This document shows, in pieces, positions 1 to 15,282 of a DNA stretch of 64,000 nucleotides. This DNA is from Pelomyxa schiedti (lineage: Eukaryota > Protista > Evosea): NCBI GenBank assembly GCA_020536535.1, contig JAHLWZ010000832.1, positions 1 through 64,000 of the forward strand, given 5' to 3'. The notes beneath the pieces were generated by a model. It ran no database searches, had not been told where the DNA came from, and worked only from the letters and a program-made list of their open reading frames with translations. The position numbers and the translations under genes are program-made. Each line of letters opens with the position of its first letter. Position 1 is the stretch's first letter.

Positions 1-2885
<2,885 letters not shown>

Positions 2886-3119
2886 GTTTTACCCTATCGC
2901 AAAGTGTGTCTAAATACACTCCAGGTCGACAGCAGCAGCGAGTTACCGCGCAGCGTATTCTTCTTGATTGCCTCTGTTGTTTGAGATTTCCTTGGGGAAT
3001 GTTGTTCATTTTAGTACGCAGACAAACAAGCACAAACTCCGCATGTGAATAAAAAAAAGAGTCTTCCATTCAATGTACACTGAACGCGAAAAAACTGAGA
3101 TGTTCAACGTTTTAAATTG

Positions 3120-4583
3120 TTACGCCAACAACTGCTTAAGTTGGCTAGGGGTATCGGCATCATTGAGATGTAATGTAGTGAATCGTAGGGCATTGATGAG
3201 ACCATCTGTGCTGTTGCTTCCATCAGTGTATGTTTTTAGTGTTTGTATAACTCCTCGCACCTATTTAGTTGGTGAAAGATGGAGATGGAAATGGAAATGG
3301 GGGAAAAAAAAAAAGCACATTGACGGGAGAACGCTTTGTAAAAACTCCAGCTGGAGCAATATGATCATATAGAATTGTTGCACCCGTCATCGCACGAAGG
3401 CAAAACATGTTTGTTTCCATACTTGTGAATCTATTTTATTTTATTACAAAGTTTGTTGTTGGAGGATGGAGGATTTTGAAAGAACCTGTGCTTCTCGACC
3501 ATGTCAAGACAGATATTTGCCATATAAGAGAGTGCAATTGTTACACTTTCAGCGGTGACACCGCAATTAGGGGTTGTGAGGAACTTAGCAGTTGTTTCGG
3601 AGAGAACTTTCATCATTGGTGTTGGATATGCAAAGAATAGTGACATTTTGTTGGCAAGTTCATCTTTTACCTTGACATTAAATTATTATTTCTTAAAAAT
3701 GAAAGCAGATGCCTACCCTGATGTTGGCGTCCTTTTTAGCTAACTTCATTCTACTCAATGTGCGACGGTAATATGAAAAATCGTTTTGAATTGCGGGATT
3801 GATCATCTACAACTGGTAAATGAAGGGAAGTTGTCAGGCTATCATTTGTCTAGGCACCTTAGCATCATCAAATCGCAGAACAAAATCAAATACATCACCA
3901 AGTTGCTTGGCCAACGCCTGTTGGTTACCCAAGTTTGACCTTGGGTCATCTTTACACAAAGCAACAATAAGCTTGGGGAAAAGTTGCTCTGCAAAAAATG
4001 GTGGGCATACACAGTTTCCCTTCCTTCTTCACACTCCCTCATTATTTGATACATACATACCAAGATGCAATGAGAAGTCATAAAACTCCTGAAGTTGGTC
4101 TACACCTGGAAGTACTTTGTTCCAAGCTACATCATCATTTTCGGGTGAGGGATTGGTGATTGCCTAAAATAGACAGTCCCAGTTAGGGTGGCAGAAAAGG
4201 GGCCACATTAACATACAGCTCGGATCCATGTATCAGAGCCTGTGTACTTCCTTAATTTATCTAACAGTGCTGGCCCTTGCTGCAATACCTATTCTATCGA
4301 TTATTTTCGAAATTCATGGCACAATAATATCCTCTCACAGAGGGTGTGATTCTACCTGGTGTATTTGGTTCCACAGGTCTTGCTCCTGTGGTGAGGGTAC
4401 AGCATCTAGTGTGCATTTGTTGGAATAAATAGAGGTGGAAAAAGTGCTGGTGTGACTTGAGGAATGCGCATTAGAGAGCGATAGAAAGTAGAAGTGTGAG
4501 AATATGTTAGAGTACTAACTATCAAAGTCGAGGAAAATCTGTGCGGCGTTGTGGTGGTTAAGATGGTTGAGAAGCTGGCCCAT
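3120..4583 (-). CDS. FAM49: CYRI/FAM49 Rac1-binding protein (multi-exon)
   Basis: MGQLL..IFLDFD start; [15 protein letters not shown]; [16 protein letters not shown]; [10 protein letters not shown]; [19 protein letters not shown]. Confidence 0.93.
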
Positions 4584-4902
4584 TTATGGTAAATGTTTCT
4601 ATGTGGTGGTGATGGACTTGGCGTTTTACAGAGTGCACCCCTAATTATCAACGAGGACGCTCGATGTCACCCGCGTGTGGCGTGTTGCCCGAAATTTTTT
4701 TTCCTTTGTTTCGTTGTCGGCCTCTCTTTTTTAAGAATTGAAAAAAGGGTCTAATTTAGATCGAACCGAGAAAATGTTAAAAAGGAAAGACAAGAGGCGT
4801 TGGGTTTTGTGGTGATTGTTTGTCATCTTACTTAGTTGCCACAGTTGAGTGGAGAGCTTACTTCACTTTCTTACAGTTCCAGTCCGTCACGTCATTTCCT
4901 GA

Positions 4903-6862
4903 TCAGTCGTCTGCAAACGAGAGGTCGTAGATAGGGAAGAGAGACGGGACGTGCCCAAATTGCCTACGAAATTCGTCGGGAGTGCGTTTGGCCAAAGTCG
5001 AGAGCTTGAGCAGCATTGCCTCCTCTTTGAAATCATCTGAGAATGGACTAAGTTATGGTGTGAGGTGGGTGGAGGAATCTCATACCCAGGGTTAAGTGCG
5101 GCATGTATTCTCGGGCTACTTGGTAATCTCTTCCAGAACAATCTACCACACGAGTCTAATTTGAAATAAGGTGAAGTGGTTTCAGCCAGTGGATAATACC
5201 ATAATTCTCCCTGTTGATTTATCTTTTAGCTGATTCAGACTGAGTGGTACTATAGAATTCGAGTCACGCGACAAGGCTACCATAACCCCACTCATTCCGG
5301 CATCCAAGAGCTTCATTGCACTACAACCAAGCATCCTGGTGTACTGTACATCAAACGCAATGGGATCTTGACATCGTAATTCGTAACCTGCCATCGATGT
5401 TTAATTTTTAAAGAAACCGATCATCGGAGAACCACACCAATTTTCTTTGTAGTTAGCCCATAGTTCCACATTCCGTAAGAGGTAAATCTTTTTTCAAGTT
5501 CTGACGCCACTGTTTCAACGAGATTTGCCTGGAGGTGCATGAGAAACAAAGGGCAGATATTAGGCACCTTTTCTAAGCGAATGTGACCATGGTCATCGAC
5601 GGGGATCGAGGTCATTCCCTTGAATAGCATTGCTTGCTACGAGGAACATGTGAGAAGGAGACCTGTTTTTTAGTTTGGAGAACCTCAGTTGGAGACATCC
5701 TTTCTGCAAGTCCCTGAATTATGTTAATTGCATAGCTTCCAAGAGGAATCGATTACTTCAGCTAAGACTACGACACCATATGTGTAACCAAGAGCCTGCC
5801 TCTTTATCATGGTAGTCTCAATACAGTCACATATCGATTTTAGAGTCACTTCGTTCTACGAAAATGAAGTGGGAATAAAGTTTTTAAAAACCTAGAATCT
5901 ACATTTCCAAACTGTTCAGGAATAAGACACAGCTGGCAGCCTGCAGCAGTACTACGTGATTTTATTTAGTAGGCAATGTTCTCAATTGAAAACCTCATTC
6001 CCAAAGCTAGAAACCCAGACTTTCTGCCCATTGCTTCAGCTAGATACCATCTATTACAGTAAGGAAAAAACATAGTATCTTTAAGACTACCTCCCCACAC
6101 TCCTGGCATCAGCAAGGATGTTCTTCAAAATCTGAATGTCGTCATGATATGCCCCCAATAAATACAGCTCACCTGTCCTCCAAAGTGTACCGCAGTGGTG
6201 TAGCCAAAGGTAGGGTGGCCTCCGGGTAGAGGAAGGTCATTGTCAATTGTTTTGGGAACATCTAAGAAGAATTAAACTATCGATAGGAGGAATAGCTTCG
6301 TACGGATAACACGGAGGAAGTCACCAGCAGCAGTGGCTATCACATTACTGCTGTGAGCTGTAAGTTTGTTGGTCATTAGTCACTTTTTGGGAGACATACC
6401 GGTGTCATCACCCCCAATTGTAACAAGATATCTGATATTAAGAGCTTGCAGGTTTGCAACAACATTTCGAATTGATTCTTCAGACTATTGCCTTTAAGTG
6501 GTATAGGATGAATGACAATATACCGTAGTAGGATTAACTCGGCTGGTTTTCAAAATACTTCCCCCTTCCAAGTGAGTTTCTGCTGTATTTTAGCACAAAG
6601 AAATATTTCTGATTTTTACTATCGGTGTTTTCAAGAGTCAATGTAGTACAAGCAACGTTCTCTGAGCCACGCTTGATGAGATTTTTGAATCCTTCCAATA
6701 TGCCAACAACTTGCCAACCTCGTCGGAGGATACTGTACTGTGTTACAGCTGCAATAACACCATTGATGCCTGTAAATAACATTGTTGAACAAGCGGAATG
6801 GGCGATGAATCTTGCACACCAGGAGCTGGTCCACCGCCAACTACTATAGCCACGATCTTCAT
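4903..6862 (-). CDS. pfp: Pyrophosphate-dependent phosphofructokinase, short type (multi-exon)
   Basis: Spliced MKIVAIVVGGGPAPGINGVI, GGSILKTSR, TIGGDDT (PPi-specific Asp), VPKTIDNDL, MGRKSG, GYELRC. Confidence 0.92.
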
Positions 6863-7104
6863 TCTTATTTGCGATAATAATCACAATGCTCGATATCTCC
6901 CTCTTGTTTTTTTTCTTTGTTTTCTCTCTGAAATTGACATGTGTACGTTTGTGACACCTTAATAACCCGCGCAGGGCAATGTTGTCACATTTTTGGCAGC
7001 TGCCACTCATTGTCCTGCCCCTTCATCGTTTTTTTTTCTTTTCAAAGAAATTCGAAAAGCAATCAAATTGCACACAAGATTGGTGGGTTGTTTTATTTTT
7101 TGGC

Positions 7105-8844
7105 TTACAGGCACCCACAGTCTTGAATGACGACCTCCTTGTGTGGCCTGTAATTGGGGAAGCTGTGACGTTGGCGGGCAATTTCGTGGCAGACCTCAAT
7201 CCCGTCAATTACGCGAGCGAAGACCTGTGTCACAAAGTAAGCTTTTCGTTTTGTGGAGTTATGGGATGGGCTTAATCATACTGGGCAAACGTTATCCAAC
7301 CAAGGGGCAGGGGTTGTTGCTGAGTGCAAAAGTCAGTCTCCAGTACAGAACAAATAAAAAAAATTAGGTGATAGAGGAGACTTACTAATCATGAACTGAT
7401 GCTCCTTTGTTCCTGGTCTAGAATGATCCACAGATACAAGACCCTGGCATGTATGCCTAACATGAGATGGCTCGTGGGCGACTTCAAGGCCTGTGTGTTC
7501 TGGAATCAAGCCGCCATATATGGCAATGCCGGGGGACACGCGGTGGAAGTGTGTTCCCTTGAAGGAGACATCATGACCGTTGCCATCCTTTTTTCCCCCT
7601 GTTAGGAATAAAAACAAAAAAAGAGAGGAACTACATTGTGCTTGCCAGAACAGAGCGCTTGGAAAGCGGCACATGTCTTGGGAGCAACATCAACCAAAAG
7701 TTCCATTACAATGCGGCCGGCGGCTTTCTCGCCAATTCCAATATCAAAGAAGACATGAGGGTAATCCGAGTGCTAGGAATCCGTCAGTAAACAAGAATTG
7801 GTATTCGGGGAAAACTCGCCTTGAACGGATCCTCGCCTATGTGAATTTTGTGAGCAATCAAGTGTCCATAGTGGTCCTTATTAGCAGATATTCCCTCATC
7901 CTTAAGCTCAACTGTTTTACTTAGCTGGAATGAAGCATGAGCCCTCTCCTTTTCATCCTGTTGCATCACGATTTAAAATGACAAATCAAAAAATTTTAAA
8001 CCGAAAGGGTCCTATAAACGAGGAATAGATATTAGATAAGAGATTACATTACCTCGACGTGTGAGTCAGGCTTAGAAGCAGCATGGTGTTCAAGCTCGAC
8101 GTGGGCTTCAACCTCGGCGTGGGCTTCAGCCTCGTGCTGCTTATCCTCAAGCACAACTTGCACCTTCACAGCCACCTTGTGGTCGAGCCCCAGGTCAAGG
8201 CCCGCGCTCTCCTCGGGAGCCTTGTGCTCGGGCTCGGCGCTCGGTTCCAGCTTATGGGTCGCCGCGGCCTCGGACTCGGCGCCGCCCCCAATGTGGACTT
8301 CGGCCTTCACTTCCACATTGTGGGACTCCTCGTGGTGCTCCTCGTGATGCTCCTCGTGGGCGCTGGCTACCTCGATCTTGTGGTCGTGGTCGTGATCGTG
8401 CTCGCCTCCTCCGACGTGGATGTCGGCCTTGATCTCCACCTTGTGGTCTTCCTCGTGGTGCTCGGCGTGGGCGTCGCCGTGGGCCTCGATTGAGACGGCG
8501 CCGGCAGGTCCTACTGCCAAACCGACCTTGTGCTCCTCCTCGTGGTGCTGGTCCGCGTGAGCTTCGTCGTGCTTTTCCTTCTCGACGTGGATTTCGGCGT
8601 GGACGTCGCCTCCCACAATTACGTGGTGCTCCTCCTTGTCGTGGTGCTCCTTGTCGTCGTGGTGCGCCTCGACCGACACGGACGATCCCAAAACTACCTC
8701 TCCCTCCGCCGGCATCGCGTGCGTCTCCTTCGGTGTTTCGTCGTCACCGTCAGCCTCCGGAACGTCGACCTTTGTGTCAACCGGTGCCTCTCCGCCCTTG
8801 TTTCCTCCCTTGTGTCCTCCCCTGTTCTTCCTGCGGCCCCTCAT
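7105..8844 (-). CDS. His/Glu-rich repeat region probably fused to a divergent cyclophilin-like domain
   Basis: His-rich ORF can splice (GAG|gtaatg..caacag|GAT) in frame to DEKERAH.., then via a GC-AG intron 7773-7819 to YPHVFFDIGIG..GRIVMEL..FKGTHFHRV..QFMITT.PAPWLD..VFARVIDG..VVIQDCGCL*. Start could alternatively be 8910. Confidence 0.7.
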
Positions 8845-8951
8845 TGGTTGGTGCGTGTGGTTTTTTTTGTTTTTTGTGTTGTTTTCCTTTTCGTTTCGTT
8901 TTGGAGCCATTTTTGTGTTTCCGGTCTTCCTGGAAATCACGGTGATTTTGG

Positions 8952-11829
8952 CTATTCAATTTGAGTGTAACCAGGGTCTGGAGCACAAGGCCCCAACTGA
9001 TGTGCATTTGGAGATGGTCTGCCTAGGTCAAAACGGTTTTTTTACATCCAAAATTACACATAACATTGACAGCAGGTCGGGTAACGGAACCTCTCACAAG
9101 CCTTTAGATAAGTAAGAGTATCCCTTGGGTATTGAAGCGGTGGAACTCCGTTTTGACCAGAATTGATCAAACGCGGTCAGTTTATCCACTTTACGGAGCA
9201 CATGCTCTCCAGATTGATTTCTGGAGTAATGTTTGTATTGCAGAAGGATTTAGTTGGGTGCAACCTGTCCAATTTCAAAAGCTCTACAAATGGATCTCTT
9301 GCACAAATGAAGTCGGGGAGGTATTTATGTACGGCCAAGTCTTCATCTGACACAAGGTAATGCCGCACACTATCTGTTGTACGATAACCAATGGTCACAT
9401 AGCCTGGTTGCCTGTAGATGAAAGTGGTTTGTAGCAGAAAAAACAAAAAAATTTCAATACGATTCACTAAATCGAATGATAAACGTTCCAGGTTGCATTT
9501 GGGCAAGATATGCTTCAACTTCCTTTTTTTGAACAAACCCATAAACAAGGCTAGTGGAAGAGGTCACAACAACACAATACGGAGGGTCCATACCCACTCT
9601 CCCAGAGGCCGAGCATTGGCTTTTGAAAATTGAGAGTATACAGAGTACTGCTGAGCCACATCCAAAATCTATCGAACTGTGATTGCTGAACAGTGTCTAA
9701 GGCATCTGGGGGTAGTTAGAGTTGTTACAATGGTTTCTAAGAAATAACCAAAGAATGTTTTGTGGAAATATGACATATCAAGCAGAGATAATGGTCGAAG
9801 AGGTTTGTGGGGCCATTTTTGTTTGGTTAATCTCAGAAAATATTGTTGTAACGAATTGGCGAACTGAGGCCAAGTGATGGCTAACTGTGTAAGGGGTAGA
9901 CTAAATTAGGAGGCTCAAGTGGAAGCTAACCATTCCTCCAAATGCTTCATGCTTGAGAAGCACTCCTTGTGAGCCCTTCCATTGCTCCTTATGAGTAATA
10001 ACAACAAATGGATTTGTTGGTGGTGTTTCAGCTAGAATGGTATTTCCAGAGCCTTGGATTAAAACCTATCCACTGTTATAAATAGGCCTTTATCTTAAAG
10101 GCACACTTGTGTAGTGAATTTGAGGGCAATTGGGGTGTTCTTTGTGCCTGTGGTGTGTAAGTTGAAATTCCGAAGACAAAAAAAAAAAAAAACCATCAGT
10201 AAACTTGAATCGGAAAGTGGCATTGTGACTGCTGTCAACAGTTGCCGATTCTGGATCAAGCAGTGCATGAACGGAAGGAGATCGTGATAGAGAAGGATTG
10301 TCACTAATAATTTGTACTTGCACTGATGACACCCGGATTGGTACACCACTGGCAGAGAGTGAGTGAAATAAGTGTAAAAAAGGAAATGCAAGATACAGTG
10401 GAGAAGATAAAAGCTGTACTACAATTTGATCATCAACAGAAAGTTGTTCATTTTTCCTCACAACCACAGGGAATGGTTGCTTTTTGATTATGAGTGACAC
10501 CCTAATTGGTGTAAGGAAGAGAAAAACAGAGGGAAGCAAAACCTTTGCCCAATGGATTGAGGTTCAATTATTTCCCGATAAAGAAGGGATATCTTTTCAA
10601 GCATGTACGACAACTCAGAGGTTAGTGACTCGACAAACGAGAGATCCAAAGCACTCAAAAGTGATGTCGTATAGAGCTGCTTCAGAGACTGGCCAACGAA
10701 AAAAAGTTAGATGTCTTACACCAGTAACTAGATCAATGGCACAAATTTGTGCACACTTATTATTTCAGCCACCTGAAGATTGTGCTCCAGTTCTAATTTG
10801 AGATTATTTTCAGTTTCCTTCAGGAATTCTTTATTTTGTTGTGACCCATCAACAAGTTGATGGTGCTCCTAGGGGCCTTTCAGTAACTAGTCTTAGTGTT
10901 TGTTGTTTTGGTTTAATGAAGGGCCACCTGGGTTATCCAGTTGAGCATTGTTTCTTGTGCTGCACAATGGTTATGTAAATCTCGGAGAGTTTGGACAGTT
11001 GGTTCTTCGGTTAGCACTGATGAAGTTGGGGAGAGAGCTGGGACACTAGGTGATGGTGTCATACTGGGAGACATGCTTGTTGTTGAGGGAGTAGGAAATG
11101 TCTGTTGTACTGCCCTCGGTTGCAAGTTGGGTGAAAACTGTTGTGACGAAAACTGAGAAGGAAATTGTTGTGGGGACATGTAATGCTGTGGTGTGGGAAA
11201 CTGCTGGGGTATGAGATTTTGTGGAGATGGAGAAGGTACAAAACGAGTTTGTGGAAGTGGGGGAGGCGCCGTGGGGAACTGTTGATCAGGTGATGTGGGG
11301 CTGCAAGTGAACACGGGAGCACAAGGAATATTGCCTCTGTTCTAGAAGAGAGAGTTAACCTACAAGTCAAAACAATGATGAGTAAATGGAAAAGAACCTG
11401 TGGTGGTTGTGTTGGGAATATTGGAGAAGGCTGTGGACTAGTGTATACTGCTCCACTGTGTTGTGTGTGAATGGAAGGTGAAAACGGTTGTGACAGAGGA
11501 GGCTGTGAGGATAAAGGTAGCGGAGTAATTGATTCGAATTCTTCTTGGATAAATTGTCCAAGGGTTGTGGCAGCGTTACTGGGTGGGAAATGCAACTGTT
11601 GGTGCTGGGAGAAATGGAAATCATCGAAATTATCTTCGGCACCAAACAAAAAGTTGTCTTCATCACACAACTCGCCGTCGTCGCTCACGCCCAAGACAAT
11701 GTTGCCGTCTGCGGGCGCGTGAACTCCCTCAAGTACGCGATGGTGAGGGGGTGACGGTTGAACGTATTGAAACGGCATTGCCACGATGGGGGGTTGACAG
11801 CAGTTTGTTAGTCCCTGCCTGTTCGCCAT
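8952..11829 (-). CDS. STAT: STAT transcription factor, Dictyostelium type (P/Q-rich N-terminus, DNA-binding domain, linker, SH2); 3' end uncertain (~9095 or 8952)
   Basis: KQPFPVVV, NPFVVITHKEQW, WPQFANSLQ, SH2 GLVYGFV..PGTFIIRFSESQPG, VRHYLV, C-terminal KGYSYL tyrosine. Confidence 0.88.
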
Positions 11830-12040
11830 CTCGTAGTGTTGGTGAATTTATTTATTTTTATGTCAACTTGAAGAAGTTGCAATCTCGAATGGAACTGACG
11901 GGTTGACATCTGGGTAATCCGGGCTTTTACTTCGGTGTTTTTGACAGGTGTTGGGTTTCTTTCCTTCAGCACTCGAAGAGAGTGGACTGAAAAAGCTTTC
12001 CTCATTTCTTTGAAAAATACGGATCCTACAGCTACGTGCA

Positions 12041-14036
12041 ATGAGACAGCACAGATCAGCAAGTAGTAGAACGGCGAAAAGGGCGACGGCACCTACGGCA
12101 TCGTGTTCAGATGCAGTTACGGCGAGATCTCGACCTCCAACAAGTACGTCTTTTTCCGGCGCGTACGGGTTCCACTGCTCCCGTACGGGGTGGTACTCCA
12201 GATCTCGCGCTTCTCCTGTAACCGTGCAACCTCGAGGACTGGGATGCTCAGTTTCAATTGTTGGTGACAAAATTACGATGCCAGAATACTGGGAGCCGAT
12301 AAACTGCGCCTTGGCGGAAGCTGACGATGTCGTTGAGCTCAGATTATTGTCTCACTTGCAGGTTGAACTCCGTCGCACCATGCCTATTCACGAGCCAATC
12401 GTGTTGCACGGAATTGTGGGAGCCGTGACTCGGTGTTTGAACCACTCAAGGCTGTTGGATACACTGCAGTTGGCTTCCGTTGAAATGTCATTTGAAGATG
12501 CCAAGGTAAGTCCATATTCACTTTTTTTTTTAGGGGTTTTAGTCTTTCTTAGAGGCTCTCCAAAGGATTATTGAATGCTTCATCTCTTATGACCCTCATC
12601 CTTAGTGGTTGCCCAATTGGTGACACTTGCTTTTCTATTTTATTGCCATCACTCAGAAGTCTTGTGAGAAATCGTAATATGCCTATTCTTTTGGGTTGCA
12701 CTTAATTTCCCCCTTAGGTTTTCTTAGAATTATTGACCTAACCGATTGCCAACTTACTGACAAGTCAGCTTCTTCTATATCACAAGTGTAAAACCGCCCC
12801 AACGTAACACTTCTCATTTAATGCAACCCAGCTTTTAGAACCGTGTGGTGTTGAAAACTCTGCCTGGGTAGCCAGTCTACGAAAAGACCCTTCTTCATGT
12901 AACCCTGCCACCATTCCAACCCCGCGATGCATAGATCCAACGAAATTCCTGAATAGTGGGGAGCCACTCACTACTCACCACAAGCACGGGCTCAGCTTTT
13001 TGTCTTTACGGCGGAATCACATATCTGATTTAACTGTAGCGGCCATTCTTTCAGTATTGTGCGAGAATAGCACTCTTGGCTTACTTGATATACGCGGTAT
13101 ACCAGGTTGACGCCATCCAATAGTCTTTTCCTCTCCTCATTGTTTCAAAAAGCTACGGAATCTGAACTTTGGAAGCTACAGGCGTTTCAATTAGATAGAA
13201 GAGTTCCATCAAACTTACTTTTGGGTGATTCTCCAGATTATGATGTCGATCAATTTCCCCAAACCCCACATGCATCAGTCACAACCTCAACACAACCCCT
13301 GGAGTATAATATAGAAGACACTCCCAGAAGCTTTTCAGGGAGGATTAGTACAAAACCACCCCCCATGCAACATCCAACACAGCAGAATCTGCCACAGCAA
13401 ATTCATTCACAATGTAAAATATATGCAATTGTACAGGCACCTACCGGGCGGCTTTATAGAGGCCTTGACCTTCACAAGCCATGCACGACAATTCCAGATG
13501 CCTTGTTTAAAAGAATTGTTACCCGCTCTCTACCGCACAGGCGATCCAATAGCTGCCATGCTTGGGTGGAAGCGGCCTCCACATTTTGTGTACCAACCTC
13601 GCAGTCTACACCTTCTTCCGAGGTTCTCCTTCAGTCACTCAAGAGGATGGAAATACGGGCACTTTCAGCAGAAAGCAGAGCTTTTTTTGAAATACTTGAC
13701 TGTGCGTTCACAAAGCAGAAATTGAAGAACTTCAGTACCAGCAGAGTCCCAACACCAAGACAAAGGAGGACAGAGACAGATTCTAACCCACAACCACACC
13801 CATCCACACAACAACCAGAGCATCACCGCACCCGTAACTGTACCTCAAACGCAACGGCTACTTCAGCAACAACTCCCATAAGCATGGGATTACGCAATGT
13901 ATTGGAGCGGTTGGAATTCATTGAACAACAAACCGGCAATCCAACACAAGCACAACAAGCCCTTGGCCTACTCTCCAACATGATACAGCACATGAACAAG
14001 GTTCTGGATTTGTTGGAAACCAAAAATAACACGTGA
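12041..14036 (+). CDS. CEP78-like centriolar leucine-rich-repeat protein with low-complexity/coiled-coil tail
   Basis: FSGAYGFHC..GDKI..YWEPINCAL; spliced LRRs LILSGCPIGD, IIDLTDCQLTD, AWVASLRKDP, NSTLGLLDIRG resemble CEP78. Confidence 0.6.
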
Positions 14037-14231
14037 CAGCAAGCAACACCACACTTGCTGATTGTGGCACAATCACACAAACAGAAACAAGAGAAACGTA
14101 CCGGTATGTTCTCTTGCACTTAGCAGAAAGCCTCAACCGCGACTTCTTCGCGGGGACGCCCTTTTAAAAGGAACCCAGAAACCAATAATTTCAAAAAAAA
14201 ACAATAAAACCGAAGTACACAACAACACAAG

Positions 14232-15145
14232 ATGGCAACACACGCACCAGCAACAACAGGACCAACACCGGCCGAAGTACTGCAGAGGCTGTCAGAGGGC
14301 AACCAAAGGTTCGTTGCAGGAACGCCGGCGGCCAAGGACCTCGTGCACAGGCGCCAGGAGTTGGCTTCAGGCCAACACCCAGTAGCCGTGATTGTTACTT
14401 GCTCTGATTCTAGAGTGTGCCCTGGTATCGCCCTACACTTTTTTTTGTTTTTGTTTTATCACCTCTCACACCCCTTTCTAGAGTACATCTTTGACCAGAG
14501 CTTGGGCGATTTGTTCGTTATCAGGACTGCAGGAAACGTTGTTGACGATGTGGAACTCGGCTCTATTGAGTACGCCGTGGAGCACCTCCACTCCCATCTT
14601 ATTGTCGTCCTTGGTCACACTGCTTGCGGTGCCGTGACTGCCGCTTGTACTGTAAGCTATCTTATACCCCATTATCATTTAAATAAAATAAATAACATTC
14701 TGCCCCTTACTGTTTCCCTTTTTCTAATGGGCTTTAGCCTCACCCCCCAGCCACAACAGGAACAGCAGCGACACCAGCTGCAACAGCTGAGCACGCCGAC
14801 CACAAGGTGAAGAAGGATAAGAAAGACAAGAAGGACAAGTCCAAGAAGCACGCTGAGGAAGAGGGCCACGGCCACGCCGAGGAAGCCAAGCTTGAATCCA
14901 TCCTTACACTCCTCCACCAGATTGCCATTGACTCTGGTAACAACGTGGATACCGCAATCGACCTCAATGCCAAGGCTGTTGCTGGGATAGTATGTTCCTA
15001 TTCCTTTTTGGGTCACACACTCAATATTCACTTCAAAAAGATCATGAGGAACCATGTTATTGCACCACTGGTGACCAATCACACCGTCCAAGTAGTCCCA
15101 ATGAAGTACAACCTCGCAACCGGCATGGTTCTTGCTGTCTTGTGA
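14232..15145 (+). CDS. Beta-class carbonic anhydrase (3 introns)
   Basis: EGNQRF, TCSDSRVCPE, GDLFVIRTAGN, SIEYAV, GHTACGAV zinc ligands, YNLATG. Confidence 0.93.
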
Positions 15146-15282
15146 GAGAACCACTGAAAGAAAAGAAAACCAGAGAGTTTGAAGAGAAAATTTGCACGGA
15201 TTTTTCTTTTACTTTATTTGTTGGACCGGACTTTTTGGTGTGAGTAGTGTACACAGGGAATTAGTCGAGGTTTGTAACGGGA

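Noticed and set aside
8083-9115. Long plus-strand ORFs (Leu/Val-rich, Arg-rich)
   Set aside because: Antisense shadows of the GC-rich His/Glu-rich exon; the same applies to 34444-35265, 27910-28521 and 51652-52326
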